38,104 nucleotides of DNA from an uncultured Sphingosinicella sp. (GCA_964455325.1 CAYVVV010000002.1:1-38104); one strand, 5' to 3'; positions 18,225 through 27,499 are shown, counted from the stretch's first letter. Notes: generated from the sequence alone by a model not told the origin. Translations and numbers: made by a program.

Positions 18225-18812
18225 TCAGCGGTAGAAAATGTGGCCGCCGATCTGGCGCGTCGCCTGCTTGCTGTGACGCCAGCTCGGGCTGACGTGGGTC
18301 GCATGGAAGTAGAGCGCCTCGTCGGTCAGGTCTTCCCAGCTCTCGCTCGCGGCAATGATGGCGATGGCCTCGGCGCGGCGCCAGGCTGCGCCGGGATTGT
18401 CGGGCACGTCGGGTCTGCCATCGAAGGTGAACGAGAACTGGCCGCGCGCATATACGACATCGCAGATCGACGCCGGATAACGGTCGTGCCGGGCACGGTT
18501 GAGCACGACCTGCGCAACCGCGAGCTGGCCTTCGGCGCTTTCTCCGCGCGCTTCGAAATAGACCGCGCTGGCAAGGCAGCGCATCTCGTCATCGAACGGT
18601 GCCGCGTGCATGCCGGCCACGGCGTCGACCAGCGTCGGCAGGTCGATGTCATCGGCAACAACGGCGGCGGCGCTGACGCGCGGCGCGTCGTCGTCGACCG
18701 CTTCCGCTTCCAGCAGCGGTGCGACCGCCCTGGCGCCCGCCGGAATTGACAGCGCCGCAAGCATCGCAACGCCGGCAATGGCAAGGCCTGCGGCCTGCAT
18801 TCGTCGAGACAT
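18225..18812 (-). CDS. SleB-like cell wall hydrolase (Hydrolase_2)
   Basis: CLASAVYFEARGE, GQLAVAQVVLNR, QFSF, ALYFHA, IGGHIFY. Start at 18812 or 18830. Confidence 0.9.
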   Translation of the reverse strand: MSRRMQAAGLAIAGVAMLAALSIPAGARAVAPLLEAEAVDDDAPRVSAAAVVADDIDLPTLVDAVAGMHAAPFDDEMRCLASAVYFEARGESAEGQLAVAQVVLNRARHDRYPASICDVVYARGQFSFTFDGRPDVPDNPGAAWRRAEAIAIIAASESWEDLTDEALYFHATHVSPSWRHSKQATRQIGGHIFYR

Positions 18813-18970
18813 TGGAGAAGATCCGTCCATGCCACTGCCCGTGGTGCGGCGCGATCTTGCGCCAATCGCCACCGCCGGGCCGGCTGTTGCACATCGCGGC
18901 AGGCCCAGTCGCGGGCGCCACGCTCGTTTGCCGCGCCGCGTGGCGGCCGGCACCGGCAGAGTCAACGAAA

Positions 18971-19306
18971 TCAGGTCGCGGCGTCGACGAACCGTGCAGG
19001 ATCAGCGACGTCCAGTTCGACAATCCACAGGTCAGGATCGAAACGCCGTTGTTTTTCAAGCGATTCGCGGATGCGCGCATCATGCTCATCGGTTGCCTCG
19101 ACGAGCGTGCGCCAGGTCGCCGTTCCGCCGACGTTGACGCGCGAGAAAATGCGTACCTGTCCATCGCCGCGCGCGACGATCAGCACCGAGCCTGCATCGG
19201 GATCGCCCTTGGCAAGGATGGTCGCGAACCCGCCCGCCGCCTCGACACGGCGGCGCAACGCCGACACCCAGATGTGCGTCGCCAGCCGACGCGCGGCGTC
19301 AGCCAA
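18971..19306 (-). CDS. DUF1491 family protein
   Basis: WVSALRRRVEAAGGFATILAKGDPDAG and FDPDLWIVEL. The TTG start overlaps the PilZ stop. Confidence 0.87.
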   Translation of the reverse strand: MADAARRLATHIWVSALRRRVEAAGGFATILAKGDPDAGSVLIVARGDGQVRIFSRVNVGGTATWRTLVEATDEHDARIRESLEKQRRFDPDLWIVELDVADPARFVDAAT

Positions 19307-19640
19307 GGTCGGGCGTGGCGTCGAGCAATCCGAGCAGGCGCGCCTTGTTGCTAAGCCGCTGCATGCCGGCCGCCTCGCCATCGACGAAGACGAGACCCAT
19401 CAGGCCCCGGTCGGCCCAGGCGACGATGCACGGAAAGGTGCCGAACTTGGGCAGGAACAGGTGCAGCGCGGTCCCGCGCGGCAACAATTGCTTGGCGGCG
19501 ATCTTGGCGCCGCTCGACGAGATGTCACGCACGATGCAGTTGAACTGGCGGTCGATCAGCCGCACCTCGGCCTTGAACACGACATGCCGGCGGCCGGCAC
19601 TTCGGCCCTTGGCATTGCTCGAGGCAGTTCTCACCGTCAT
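19299..19640 (-). CDS. Stand-alone PilZ-domain protein (c-di-GMP receptor)
   Basis: RSAGR (RxxxR), DISSSG (DxSxxG), and a C-terminal VAW...MGLVF. Confidence 0.85.
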   Translation of the reverse strand: MTVRTASSNAKGRSAGRRHVVFKAEVRLIDRQFNCIVRDISSSGAKIAAKQLLPRGTALHLFLPKFGTFPCIVAWADRGLMGLVFVDGEAAGMQRLSNKARLLGLLDATPDLG

Positions 19641-20098
19641 GCCGCCTGGCTTTGCCCAACTCCGCTTAAAAGCGCGTAAATCGCGTCCGTATTGCTGGTT
19701 CCACGCAGTCTTTCGACGAGCCCGCGGTCGCGGAACTGCCGGCTGACCTGGGCCAGCGCCTTCAAATGATCGGCACCGGCGTCCTCAGGCGCGAGCAGCA
19801 TGAACAGCATGTCGACAGGCTGGCGGTCGATCGCATCGAAATCGACGGCCGGATCGACCTTGACGAAGAAGCCCCGAACACGATCGATTTCAGGCAGGCG
19901 CGCATGCGGGATCGCGATGCCGCCGCCCAATCCGGTCGATCCAAGGCGCTCGCGTTCGATCAGCGCTTCGGCGATGCGGCTCTCGGCAACGCCGACAAGC
20001 GGCGCCGCGATGGTCGCAAGCTGCTGCAACAGCGCCTTTTTGGACGTTGCCTTGACGTCGGCACGAACCGCGCGTGGATCGAGAATGTCGTACACCAT
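19637..20098 (-). CDS. ptsN: PTS EIIA-Ntr
   Basis: RERLGSTGLGGGIAIPHAR, FDAIDRQPVD, HLKALA. Confidence 0.93.
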   Translation of the reverse strand: MVYDILDPRAVRADVKATSKKALLQQLATIAAPLVGVAESRIAEALIERERLGSTGLGGGIAIPHARLPEIDRVRGFFVKVDPAVDFDAIDRQPVDMLFMLLAPEDAGADHLKALAQVSRQFRDRGLVERLRGTSNTDAIYALLSGVGQSQAA

Positions 20099-20119
20099 GA
20101 CCGCTTACACTTTGTTGCT

Positions 20120-20134
20120 TTGAGATCGCGTTAA
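20120..20134. promoter_or_regulatory. CtrA-like box with one mismatch (TTGA-N7-TTAA) upstream of ptsN
   Basis: TTGA GATCGCG TTAA, about 21 nt upstream of the ptsN ATG. Confidence 0.4.
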
Positions 20135-20163
20135 TTTCGGACGCGCAACGGCGGACCGGAGCC

Positions 20164-20757
20164 TCACTGTCCGGCAGCACTGCGCGGCGGTTCGACCCAG
20201 CCGATATTGCCGTCGTCGCGGCGGTAGACCATGTTGTAGGCACCGGTGCGGACGTTGCGGAACATCAGCGCGCCGGTGTTCCTGAGGTCAAGCATCATGA
20301 CGGCGTCGGAGACGCTTGCCTCGGGGATGTCAACACGCGTTTCGGCAACGATCAGCGGACTGTCGGCGCCGGCCTCAGATTCGGCATCGGGTTCGGGCGG
20401 CTGCAGCACGCGATACTCGGCGTCAAATGACACCGTCCGCGTGCCGTTGGCGCGGTGGTGGCTGTCAAGGCGGCGCTTGTAGCGGCGCAGCTGCGTGTCG
20501 ATCTTGTCGGCGGCGCCATCGAAGGCAAGCTGCGCCGTGCCGGTCGACCGCTCGCTTGCCTTCAGCACCAGTCCCTGCGTGAGCTGCAGCAGGATGTCGC
20601 AGACGAAGCCGGCGTCGTGCGGCCCGGGCTTCAACGTCACGTTGGCGCCCGTCGCGCGAACGCCATATTTGTCGACGAGCGCTTCAAGACTGGTTTCGAC
20701 ATGGCCGGTCATTGCGGTACCGACGTCGATCTGCTGTCCGGAGACACGAATGTCCAT
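20164..20757 (-). CDS. hpf: Long-form ribosome hibernation promoting factor
   Basis: MDIRVSGQQIDVG, QLRRYKRRL, and a C-terminal domain SVSDAVMMLDL...VYRRDDGNIGWVEP. Confidence 0.93.
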   Translation of the reverse strand: MDIRVSGQQIDVGTAMTGHVETSLEALVDKYGVRATGANVTLKPGPHDAGFVCDILLQLTQGLVLKASERSTGTAQLAFDGAADKIDTQLRRYKRRLDSHHRANGTRTVSFDAEYRVLQPPEPDAESEAGADSPLIVAETRVDIPEASVSDAVMMLDLRNTGALMFRNVRTGAYNMVYRRDDGNIGWVEPPRSAAGQ

Positions 20758-20796
20758 TCCTCGCCTCTCTTTCCTGGCCCTGCCAGGGCCGTGCCG

Positions 20797-21483
20797 TCAC
20801 GCTGCGCCGATCCGTTCCCAGATCGGGTTCGTCAGCAATTTCAGGAACTCGGCGTGTCGCGCGCGCTCCTCGGCGCTCGGCTCGTGCGCGCGCGGCGGCC
20901 AGTAGCGGCGTTCCACATCGACTGCAACCACTTCTTCGACAGCCGGCACCGCCGCCAGCGACAGGCCGATCTGACGGCCGCCGGTCAGCTCGACATAGAC
21001 GCGCGCGAGCAGTTGCGCGTCAAGCAGGGCGCCGTGCTTGCTGCGGGCGCCGAGGTCGATCTGAAACCGTGCGCAGAGCGCGTCGAGCGAATGCTTGGCG
21101 CCCGGAAACTTTCGCCGCGCGATCACGAGCGTGTCCTCAACCCGCGCTGGCGGCACCTCGTCCTCGCCACAGTTCCTGAGTTCCCAGTTGAGAAAGCGGC
21201 GATCGAACTCGGCATTGTGCGCGACAAGACGAGCATCGCCGATGAACGCGATGAGGTCGCGCGCAATCGCAGCGAAGGTCGGCTTCGTTGCCAGGAAGGA
21301 ATCGGACAGACCGTGCACGGCCTCGGCTTCGGCGGGCATCGGTCGGCACGGGTTCACATAGGCGTGGAAGATACGGCCGGTTTCGATCCGGTTGACGAGT
21401 TCGACGCAGCCTATCTCGCAGATGCGGTGCCCGTCCGACGGATCGAGACCCGTCGTCTCGGTGTCGAAGATGACCTCACGCAT
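20797..21483 (-). CDS. dnaQ: DNA polymerase III epsilon subunit
   Basis: MREVIFDTETTG, VAHNAEFD, HGALLDA, LTGGRQ. Confidence 0.96.
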   Translation of the reverse strand: MREVIFDTETTGLDPSDGHRICEIGCVELVNRIETGRIFHAYVNPCRPMPAEAEAVHGLSDSFLATKPTFAAIARDLIAFIGDARLVAHNAEFDRRFLNWELRNCGEDEVPPARVEDTLVIARRKFPGAKHSLDALCARFQIDLGARSKHGALLDAQLLARVYVELTGGRQIGLSLAAVPAVEEVVAVDVERRYWPPRAHEPSAEERARHAEFLKLLTNPIWERIGAA

Positions 21484-22085
21484 AGTCTGCAATATCGGAC
21501 TCCGTGCCGGCGGAGGCAAGAGATGAGATCGCGCACCGCGGCCCGCGTCACGCGCAGCGACGTTCCCGTGTCGATGACGAAATCGGCGCGCCGGCGCTTC
21601 TCCCGGTCGCGCATCTGCGTTCGCACAATGGCATCGAATTTTTCGCGCGTCATGCCGTCGCGGGCAAGCACGCGCCGGCGTTGCACATGCGCGGGCGCGG
21701 ACACCACGACGGTGGTGTCGACGCGTTTCCAGCCACCACCTTCATAGAGCAGCGGGATATCGAGGACGACGAGCGCGCTGCCGCGGTGTTCGTCGATAAA
21801 GGCGCGCTGTGCATCGGCGACCATGGGATGAACGATGCACTCGAGCGTGCGCAGCCGGTCGGGCTTGTCGAACACGAGCGCGCCCAGCCTGGCGCGGTCG
21901 ACGCCTGCCGCGCCCGTCGTACCCGGAAACGCGGCCTCGATCGCTGGCAGCGCCGCGCCGCCCGGACCCTGCAGCGCGCGGACGGCAGCATCGGCGTCAA
22001 AGACGGGCACACCCGCCTCGCGGAACATCGCCGCGACGGTCGACTTGCCCATGCCGATCGATCCGGTAAGGCCGATGATGATCAT
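21411..22085 (-). CDS. coaE: Dephospho-CoA kinase (C-terminus runs 73 nt into dnaQ)
   Basis: GLTGSIGMGKST, FDADAAV, IVHP, DIPLLYE. Confidence 0.94.
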   Translation of the reverse strand: MIIIGLTGSIGMGKSTVAAMFREAGVPVFDADAAVRALQGPGGAALPAIEAAFPGTTGAAGVDRARLGALVFDKPDRLRTLECIVHPMVADAQRAFIDEHRGSALVVLDIPLLYEGGGWKRVDTTVVVSAPAHVQRRRVLARDGMTREKFDAIVRTQMRDREKRRRADFVIDTGTSLRVTRAAVRDLISCLRRHGVRYCRLCVRSSSTPRRRVSIRRTGTASAR

Positions 22086-22894
22086 CGCGTCAACAGCCTG
22101 CGCAGCTCATCATCGGCGCCCACGGGCGGCGGCACGCCAAAGAAATGCTCGAAAGCGCCCGCCGCCTGTCCGACGAGCATGGCAAGCCCGTCGATGGTCG
22201 CCAGTCCGCGCGCCGCCGCTGCTTTCAGCAGCTCCGTTTTCACCGGCGTGTAGATGATATCATAGACGACCGCGTCATCGGGCAAGGCCGATACGTCGAA
22301 CGGCAACGGCGGCTGTCCGGTCATGCCGAGCGGGCTCGCGTTGACGACGAGCGCGGCCACGCCCGGTGCGGTGCCGAGTGGTAGCGCCACGCCAGCAAGC
22401 CCGAACCGCACCAGCAGCGCCATCGCCTTCGACGGATTGCGCGCAAGCAGCGTCACCGATCCGATCCCGGCGCGCGCCAATGCGAACAGCACCGCATTGG
22501 CGGCGCCACCCGAACCGATCACGACCGCGCGCTTGCCGGCGAGCGGCAGCGCGGCGATCGGCGCGAAGAATCCCGCCGCATCCGTATTGGTGCCGAACAG
22601 CGCGCCCGCGGCGTCGCGGGCGATGGTGTTCATCGCGCCGATCGACGCGCGCACGTTTTCGGGATCGGCGACATGCGCCATGATCGCAAGCTTGTGCGGT
22701 ATGGTGACATTACAGCCGCACCAGTCGGGGTCGGCGCGGCGGCGGGCGACGAAGTCGCCGAGGTCCTCGGCAAGGACACGTGTCCTGCGATATTCGGCGT
22801 CGATACCGAGCCTGTCCAGCCAGAAGCCGTGGATGAGCGGCGACTTCGAATGTTCGATCGGGTCACCGATCACTTCGGCATAGCGGCGGCTCAT
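22082..22894 (-). CDS. aroE: Shikimate dehydrogenase
   Basis: GDPIEHSKSPLIH, NVTIPHK, NTDAAGF, GSGGAA, DIIYTP. Confidence 0.95.
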   Translation of the reverse strand: MSRRYAEVIGDPIEHSKSPLIHGFWLDRLGIDAEYRRTRVLAEDLGDFVARRRADPDWCGCNVTIPHKLAIMAHVADPENVRASIGAMNTIARDAAGALFGTNTDAAGFFAPIAALPLAGKRAVVIGSGGAANAVLFALARAGIGSVTLLARNPSKAMALLVRFGLAGVALPLGTAPGVAALVVNASPLGMTGQPPLPFDVSALPDDAVVYDIIYTPVKTELLKAAAARGLATIDGLAMLVGQAAGAFEHFFGVPPPVGADDELRRLLTR

Positions 22895-23487
22895 GTCGGC
22901 AGCACCCCGCGCACGCGCAGATAATCGAGCACGGCGAGCAGCGGCAGGCCGCGAACGGTGAAGTGGTCGCCACTAACACGGCTGAACAGTTGCGCACCGC
23001 GCCCTTCGATACGGTAGCCTCCGACCGAACCGAGCAGCGCGTCGCCGCACGCGTCGAGATAGGCGTCGAGGAAGGCATCACTGAACGCACGCATGTGGAG
23101 ACGCGCGGTATCGACAAACCGCCAGACGGCAGTGCCGTTTTCGGCGATCACTGCCGCCGAGATCAGCCGGTGGCTGCGGCCGCGCAGGCGGTGCAACTGG
23201 CTTGCCAGTTCGGACCGGTCAGCGGCCTTGTCGATAGTGCTGCCATCATCGAGCGCGACGACCGAATCGCTGCCGAGCACGAGTGCGCCAGCCAGTCGTC
23301 GTGACACGCGGACCGCCTTCGCCTCTGCCAGCGCATCGGCAGTAGCACGCGGGCTGGCGTTCGCGGCGGCAAGCGCGCGCTTCAGCTCGCCCTCGTCGAC
23401 CATAGGCGGCACCGCGTCGAAGGCGACACCGGCGGCTGTCAGCATCGCCTGCCGCGACCCGCTCGTCGACGCGAGCACCAGCCTCAC
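22891..23487 (-). CDS. maf: Maf family nucleoside triphosphate pyrophosphatase
   Basis: LVLASTSGSR, LAEAKA, GSDSV, GGYRIEG, GLPL. Confidence 0.92.
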   Translation of the reverse strand: MRLVLASTSGSRQAMLTAAGVAFDAVPPMVDEGELKRALAAANASPRATADALAEAKAVRVSRRLAGALVLGSDSVVALDDGSTIDKAADRSELASQLHRLRGRSHRLISAAVIAENGTAVWRFVDTARLHMRAFSDAFLDAYLDACGDALLGSVGGYRIEGRGAQLFSRVSGDHFTVRGLPLLAVLDYLRVRGVLPT

Positions 23488-24314
23488 TTGCCGCCGCCGT
23501 TCGCCGGCGCTGCCTCGCGCTCGTTCAGAAGGTTGATGATTGCCGCCGCCGTCTCCTCGATCGACCGTCGCGTCACGTCGATGACCGGCCAGCCGTTGTC
23601 GGCGAACAACCGCCGCGCGATGGCAACTTCCTTGGTCACCTGCTCCATGTCGACATAATCGGTGTCGGGCGCCTGACTGAGGCTGAGCAGACGATTGCGG
23701 CGCACCTGCACCAGCCGGTCGGGATTGGTGGTCAGGCCGACGATGAGCGGTCGCTGCAGCCGGAACAGGACGTCGGGCGGCGGCGACGACGGCACCAGCG
23801 GCAGGTTCGCCGTCTTGTAGCCGCGGTTGGCAAGATAGATCGACGTCGGCGTCTTCGACGTGCGCGAGACACCGACAAGGACGATGTCGGCTTCCTCCCA
23901 GTTGTCCGAATGCTGGCCGTCGTCGTGGTTCATCGTGTAGTCGATGGCGGCAACGCGACGGAAATAGGCGTCATCCATCTTGTGCTGGCGGCCGGGACGC
24001 GCCGCCGCCTGCTGGCCAAGCACCGACTGCAGTCCTTCGATAACCGGATCGAGCGCGGCAACCGTCGGCAGCCCCATTGCGCGGCAGCGGTCCTCGAGGT
24101 GGCTTCTGACCTCGCCGTTGACCAGCGTGAACAGCACCAGTCCCGGTCGCCGGGCAATGTCCTGCAGCACACGGTCGAGATGCCCTTTCGAGCGCACCAG
24201 CGGCCAGAAGTGCTTGATCGTCTCGACTCCCTCGAACTGCGCAAGCCCAGCCTTCGCAACCGATTCGAGCGTTTCGCCGGTCGAATCCGAAACCAGATGC
24301 AGGTGCAGTCGCAA
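23484..24314 (-). CDS. ppsR: Pyruvate,water/phosphate dikinase regulatory protein (kinase/pyrophosphorylase)
   Basis: HLVSDSTGET, HDDG, GVSRTSKTPTS, RRSIEETAA. TTG start. Confidence 0.93.
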   Translation of the reverse strand: MRLHLHLVSDSTGETLESVAKAGLAQFEGVETIKHFWPLVRSKGHLDRVLQDIARRPGLVLFTLVNGEVRSHLEDRCRAMGLPTVAALDPVIEGLQSVLGQQAAARPGRQHKMDDAYFRRVAAIDYTMNHDDGQHSDNWEEADIVLVGVSRTSKTPTSIYLANRGYKTANLPLVPSSPPPDVLFRLQRPLIVGLTTNPDRLVQVRRNRLLSLSQAPDTDYVDMEQVTKEVAIARRLFADNGWPVIDVTRRSIEETAAAIINLLNEREAAPANGGGK

Positions 24315-24605
24315 CGCCCCTCCTTGCCCGACAAAGCTGTGGAAAACCTGCCGTCAAGACGCTTAGGGATTCGTGCCAAGCGCGGCAAGCCGACAAAGTG
24401 CGCCTTGCTCAAGGCATGACCGTGAGCAGATTTCCACATCGGGATAGCGCTCGTCACGGCTTGTGAACATCGGGGATGACGACGCAGATGCAGGGTTGGA
24501 TAGTAGGAATTATCGAGCGTCGGCTGTGGACTTCGCAGGAAACCCCGTTATCCCCAGCACATCCATCAACCAAATCCTTACCTTCATTAAAAGAGTCTTG
24601 AGAGG
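24315..24605. other. Probable chromosomal replication origin (oriC)
   Basis: The hemE-proximal position is typical of Alphaproteobacteria. DnaA boxes at 24338-24346 (TTTTCCACA, minus strand), 24430-24438 (ATTTCCACA) and 24548-24556 (TTATCCCCA), with weaker ones at 24462-24470 and 24525-24533. GANTC at 24368 and 24593. AT-richer stretch next to hemE. Flanking operons diverge. Confidence 0.82.
24587..24601. promoter_or_regulatory. CtrA-like box (TTAA-N7-TTGA) with a nested GANTC, at the hemE end of oriC
   Basis: TTAA AAGAGTC TTGA, 4 nt before the hemE ATG. Confidence 0.5.
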
Positions 24606-25631
24606 ATGGCCGCGAAACCGCTTCTGGCAGTGCTCAACGGCGAACGGTTCGACCCGCCGCCGGTCTGGTTCATGCGCCAGGCGGGGCGCTACCTTCCTGA
24701 ATATCGCGAGCTGCGCACCGCAAAGGGCGGGTTTCTCGAACTCGCGCTCGATCCGGCAGCGGCGTCCGAGATCACGCTGCAACCGGTCCGCCGCTTCGGC
24801 TTTGATGGTGCGATCCTCTTTTCCGACATCCTCGTGGTGCCGATGGCCATGGGCCAGACGCTGACGTTCACTACCGGCGAGGGGCCGGAGCTCGTGCCGC
24901 CGCTTATCGATGGCGAGCTGTCGCGGCTGCACCCCGATGCGCGCTGCCTCGATGCCGTCTACGCCACTGTCGGCAATGTCGCGCGGGTGCTGCCGCCGTC
25001 GACGACCTTGCTCGGCTTCGCGGGCAGCCCGTGGACCGTCGCCACCTACATGGTCGCCGGCACCGGCAGCAAAGACCAGGCGCTGGCGCGGCTGCTCGCC
25101 TACCGCAATCCGTCGCGCTTCGCCCTACTCATCGACGCCATCGTCGAGACGACGGCGGCGTACCTGTGCGGCCAGATTGCCGCCGGCGCTGAGGCGGTTC
25201 AGCTGTTCGACAGCTGGTCGGGCAGCCTTGCCGCCGATGCATTCGAACGCTGGGTGGTGACGCCGACGCGCGCCATTGTCGAACGCGTCAAGGCGCGCCA
25301 TGCCAAGACGCCGATCATCGGTTTTCCCAGGGGTGCCGGCGCCAAGCTCGCGCGCTACGCGGTGGCGACGGGGGTCGATGCCGTCGGGCTCGACGAGACG
25401 GTCGACCCGGCGTGGGCGCACGCGGCATTGCCGAGCGGCATGCCGGTGCAGGGCAATCTCGATCCGCTGCTGCTGCTTGCCGGCGGCGATGCGCTCGCCG
25501 AAGCCGTGATCGCGATCCGTCGTGCGCTTGCCGGGCGGCCACACGTCTTCAACCTTGGCCACGGCATCGACAAGGAAACGCCGATCGCGCATGTCGAGGC
25601 CGCCCTTGCCGCCGTGCGGAGGGCGCTGTGA
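24606..25631 (+). CDS. hemE: Uroporphyrinogen decarboxylase
   Basis: PVWFMRQAGRYLPEY, ILFSDIL, GFAGSPWT, QGNLDP, FNLGHGI. Confidence 0.97.
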   Translation: MAAKPLLAVLNGERFDPPPVWFMRQAGRYLPEYRELRTAKGGFLELALDPAAASEITLQPVRRFGFDGAILFSDILVVPMAMGQTLTFTTGEGPELVPPLIDGELSRLHPDARCLDAVYATVGNVARVLPPSTTLLGFAGSPWTVATYMVAGTGSKDQALARLLAYRNPSRFALLIDAIVETTAAYLCGQIAAGAEAVQLFDSWSGSLAADAFERWVVTPTRAIVERVKARHAKTPIIGFPRGAGAKLARYAVATGVDAVGLDETVDPAWAHAALPSGMPVQGNLDPLLLLAGGDALAEAVIAIRRALAGRPHVFNLGHGIDKETPIAHVEAALAAVRRAL

Positions 25632-26080
25632 GCGACTGGGTCGGCTGGCTTGGCGACACCGACCGCTGGGTCAGGGCGGCGCACATCGTCTTCGTCATCT
25701 TCTGGATGGCGGGCATGTTCATGCTGCCGCGCTATCTCGTCTACCAGCATCCGACCAAGCCAGGATCGGCGGAAGACGCGCTGTGGATCGAGCGCACGCT
25801 GCGATTGCGCACCATCATCGTCAACCCGTCGATGGTCGCAGTGTGGCTGCTTGGCCTTGCGCTCGTCGCGCATGTCGGTCTCGCCGGCAACGCCTGGTTA
25901 TGGGTCAAGCTCGCCGTCGTTCTTGCCTTCAGCGGCTTTCACGGCTGGCTGGTGACGACATCGAAGCGGATGGCGGCGGGTGCGCGACCCGTGTCCGAAC
26001 GCCGACTGCGTGTGCTCAACGAGGTACCGGGCCTTGTCACCATCGTCGTCGTCGTGCTCGCCGTCGCCAAGCCGTTCTGA
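25628..26080 (+). CDS. hemJ: Protoporphyrinogen oxidase HemJ (CopD-like family)
   Basis: GTG overlaps the hemE stop. HIVFVIFWMAGMFMLPRY, LNEVP, C-terminal KPF. Confidence 0.9.
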   Translation: MSDWVGWLGDTDRWVRAAHIVFVIFWMAGMFMLPRYLVYQHPTKPGSAEDALWIERTLRLRTIIVNPSMVAVWLLGLALVAHVGLAGNAWLWVKLAVVLAFSGFHGWLVTTSKRMAAGARPVSERRLRVLNEVPGLVTIVVVVLAVAKPF

Positions 26081-26087
26081 CCCCAGC

Positions 26088-26116
26088 TTGACTTCTCTGC
26101 CGCCACTACCTAAGTC
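26088..26116 (+). promoter_or_regulatory. Putative sigma70 promoter of rho
   Basis: TTGACT (26088-26093), a 17-nt spacer, then TAAGTC (26111-26116). Confidence 0.5.
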
Positions 26117-26223
26117 GATCGCCAAGTCCTCGTTCTGAGGCTGCCCCGCGCGGGCCAGCGACCTCCTCTCACCTCACGGTCTCGCGCGCTTCACTTCACG
26201 CCGAAAGAGCATCGCTTATGGTC

Positions 26224-27480
26224 ATGCATCTCAAGGACCTTAAGAAAAAGACCCCCGCCGATCTCGTCGCCATGGCCGAGGATCTGGGCGTCGAGGGCGC
26301 CTCGACGATGCGCAAGCAGGACCTTTTGTTCTCGATCCTGAAGGCACTCGCGGACAATGACGAGCAGATCATGGGCGGCGGCACCATCGAGGTGCTGCCC
26401 GACGGCTTCGGCTTCCTGCGCTCGGCGGAGGCGAACTATCTCGCCGGCCCCGACGACATCTACGTGTCGCCGAACCAGGTGCGCCGCTTTGGCCTGCGCA
26501 CCGGCGATACCGTCGAGGGCGAGATCAGGGGCCCCAAGGACGGCGAGCGCTATTTCGCGCTGACCAAGGTCAGCCTCATCAACTTCGACGATCCCGAACA
26601 GGTCCGCCACCGCGTCAACTTCGACAATCTGACGCCGCTCTATCCGGACGAGAAGCTGCGGCTCGACACGCTTGATCCGACCGTCAAGGACAAGTCGGCG
26701 CGCGTCATCGACATCATCGCGCCGCAGGGCAAGGGTCAGCGCGCTCTGATCGTCGCGCCACCGCGCACCGGCAAGACCGTGCTGCTGCAGAACATCGCCA
26801 AGGCGATCACAGACAACCATCCCGAGGTGTTTCTCATCGTTCTCCTGATCGACGAGCGGCCCGAGGAGGTGACCGACATGCAGCGCTCGGTGAAGGGCGA
26901 GGTCGTCTCCTCGACCTTCGACGAGCCGGCGACGCGGCACGTGCAGGTCGCCGAAATGGTGATCGAGAAGGCGAAGCGCCTCGTCGAGCACAAGAAGGAC
27001 GTTGTCATCCTGCTCGATTCGATCACCCGCCTCGGCCGCGCCTACAACACCGTCGTGCCGTCGTCGGGAAAGGTGCTGACCGGCGGCGTCGACGCGAACG
27101 CGCTGCAGCGGCCGAAGCGCTTCTTCGGCGCGGCACGCAACATCGAGGAGGGCGGCAGCCTGTCGATCATCGCCACCGCGCTCATCGACACCGGCAGCCG
27201 CATGGACGAGGTCATCTTCGAGGAGTTCAAGGGCACCGGCAACAGCGAGATCGTGCTCGACCGCAAAGTCTCCGACAAGCGCATCTTCCCGGCGCTCGAC
27301 GTTGGCAAGTCGGGCACCCGCAAGGAGGAGCTGCTGGTCGAGAAGGACAAGCTGTCGAAGATGTACGTGCTGCGCCGCATCCTCATGCAGATGGGCACCG
27401 TCGACGCGATGGAGTTCCTGCTCGACAAGATGAGGGATTCGAAGACCAACGACGACTTCTTCGCTGCAATGAACCAGTAG
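26224..27480 (+). CDS. rho: Transcription termination factor Rho
   Basis: [46 protein letters not shown]. Alternative start at 26218. Confidence 0.98.
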   Translation: MHLKDLKKKTPADLVAMAEDLGVEGASTMRKQDLLFSILKALADNDEQIMGGGTIEVLPDGFGFLRSAEANYLAGPDDIYVSPNQVRRFGLRTGDTVEGEIRGPKDGERYFALTKVSLINFDDPEQVRHRVNFDNLTPLYPDEKLRLDTLDPTVKDKSARVIDIIAPQGKGQRALIVAPPRTGKTVLLQNIAKAITDNHPEVFLIVLLIDERPEEVTDMQRSVKGEVVSSTFDEPATRHVQVAEMVIEKAKRLVEHKKDVVILLDSITRLGRAYNTVVPSSGKVLTGGVDANALQRPKRFFGAARNIEEGGSLSIIATALIDTGSRMDEVIFEEFKGTGNSEIVLDRKVSDKRIFPALDVGKSGTRKEELLVEKDKLSKMYVLRRILMQMGTVDAMEFLLDKMRDSKTNDDFFAAMNQ

Positions 27481-27499
27481 CGGCCAAAGGGGTTCAGCG

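Noticed and set aside
24360-24385. TTGGCACG on the minus strand as a sigma54 -24 element for ppsR
   Set aside because: No TTGC -12 element at the required spacing.
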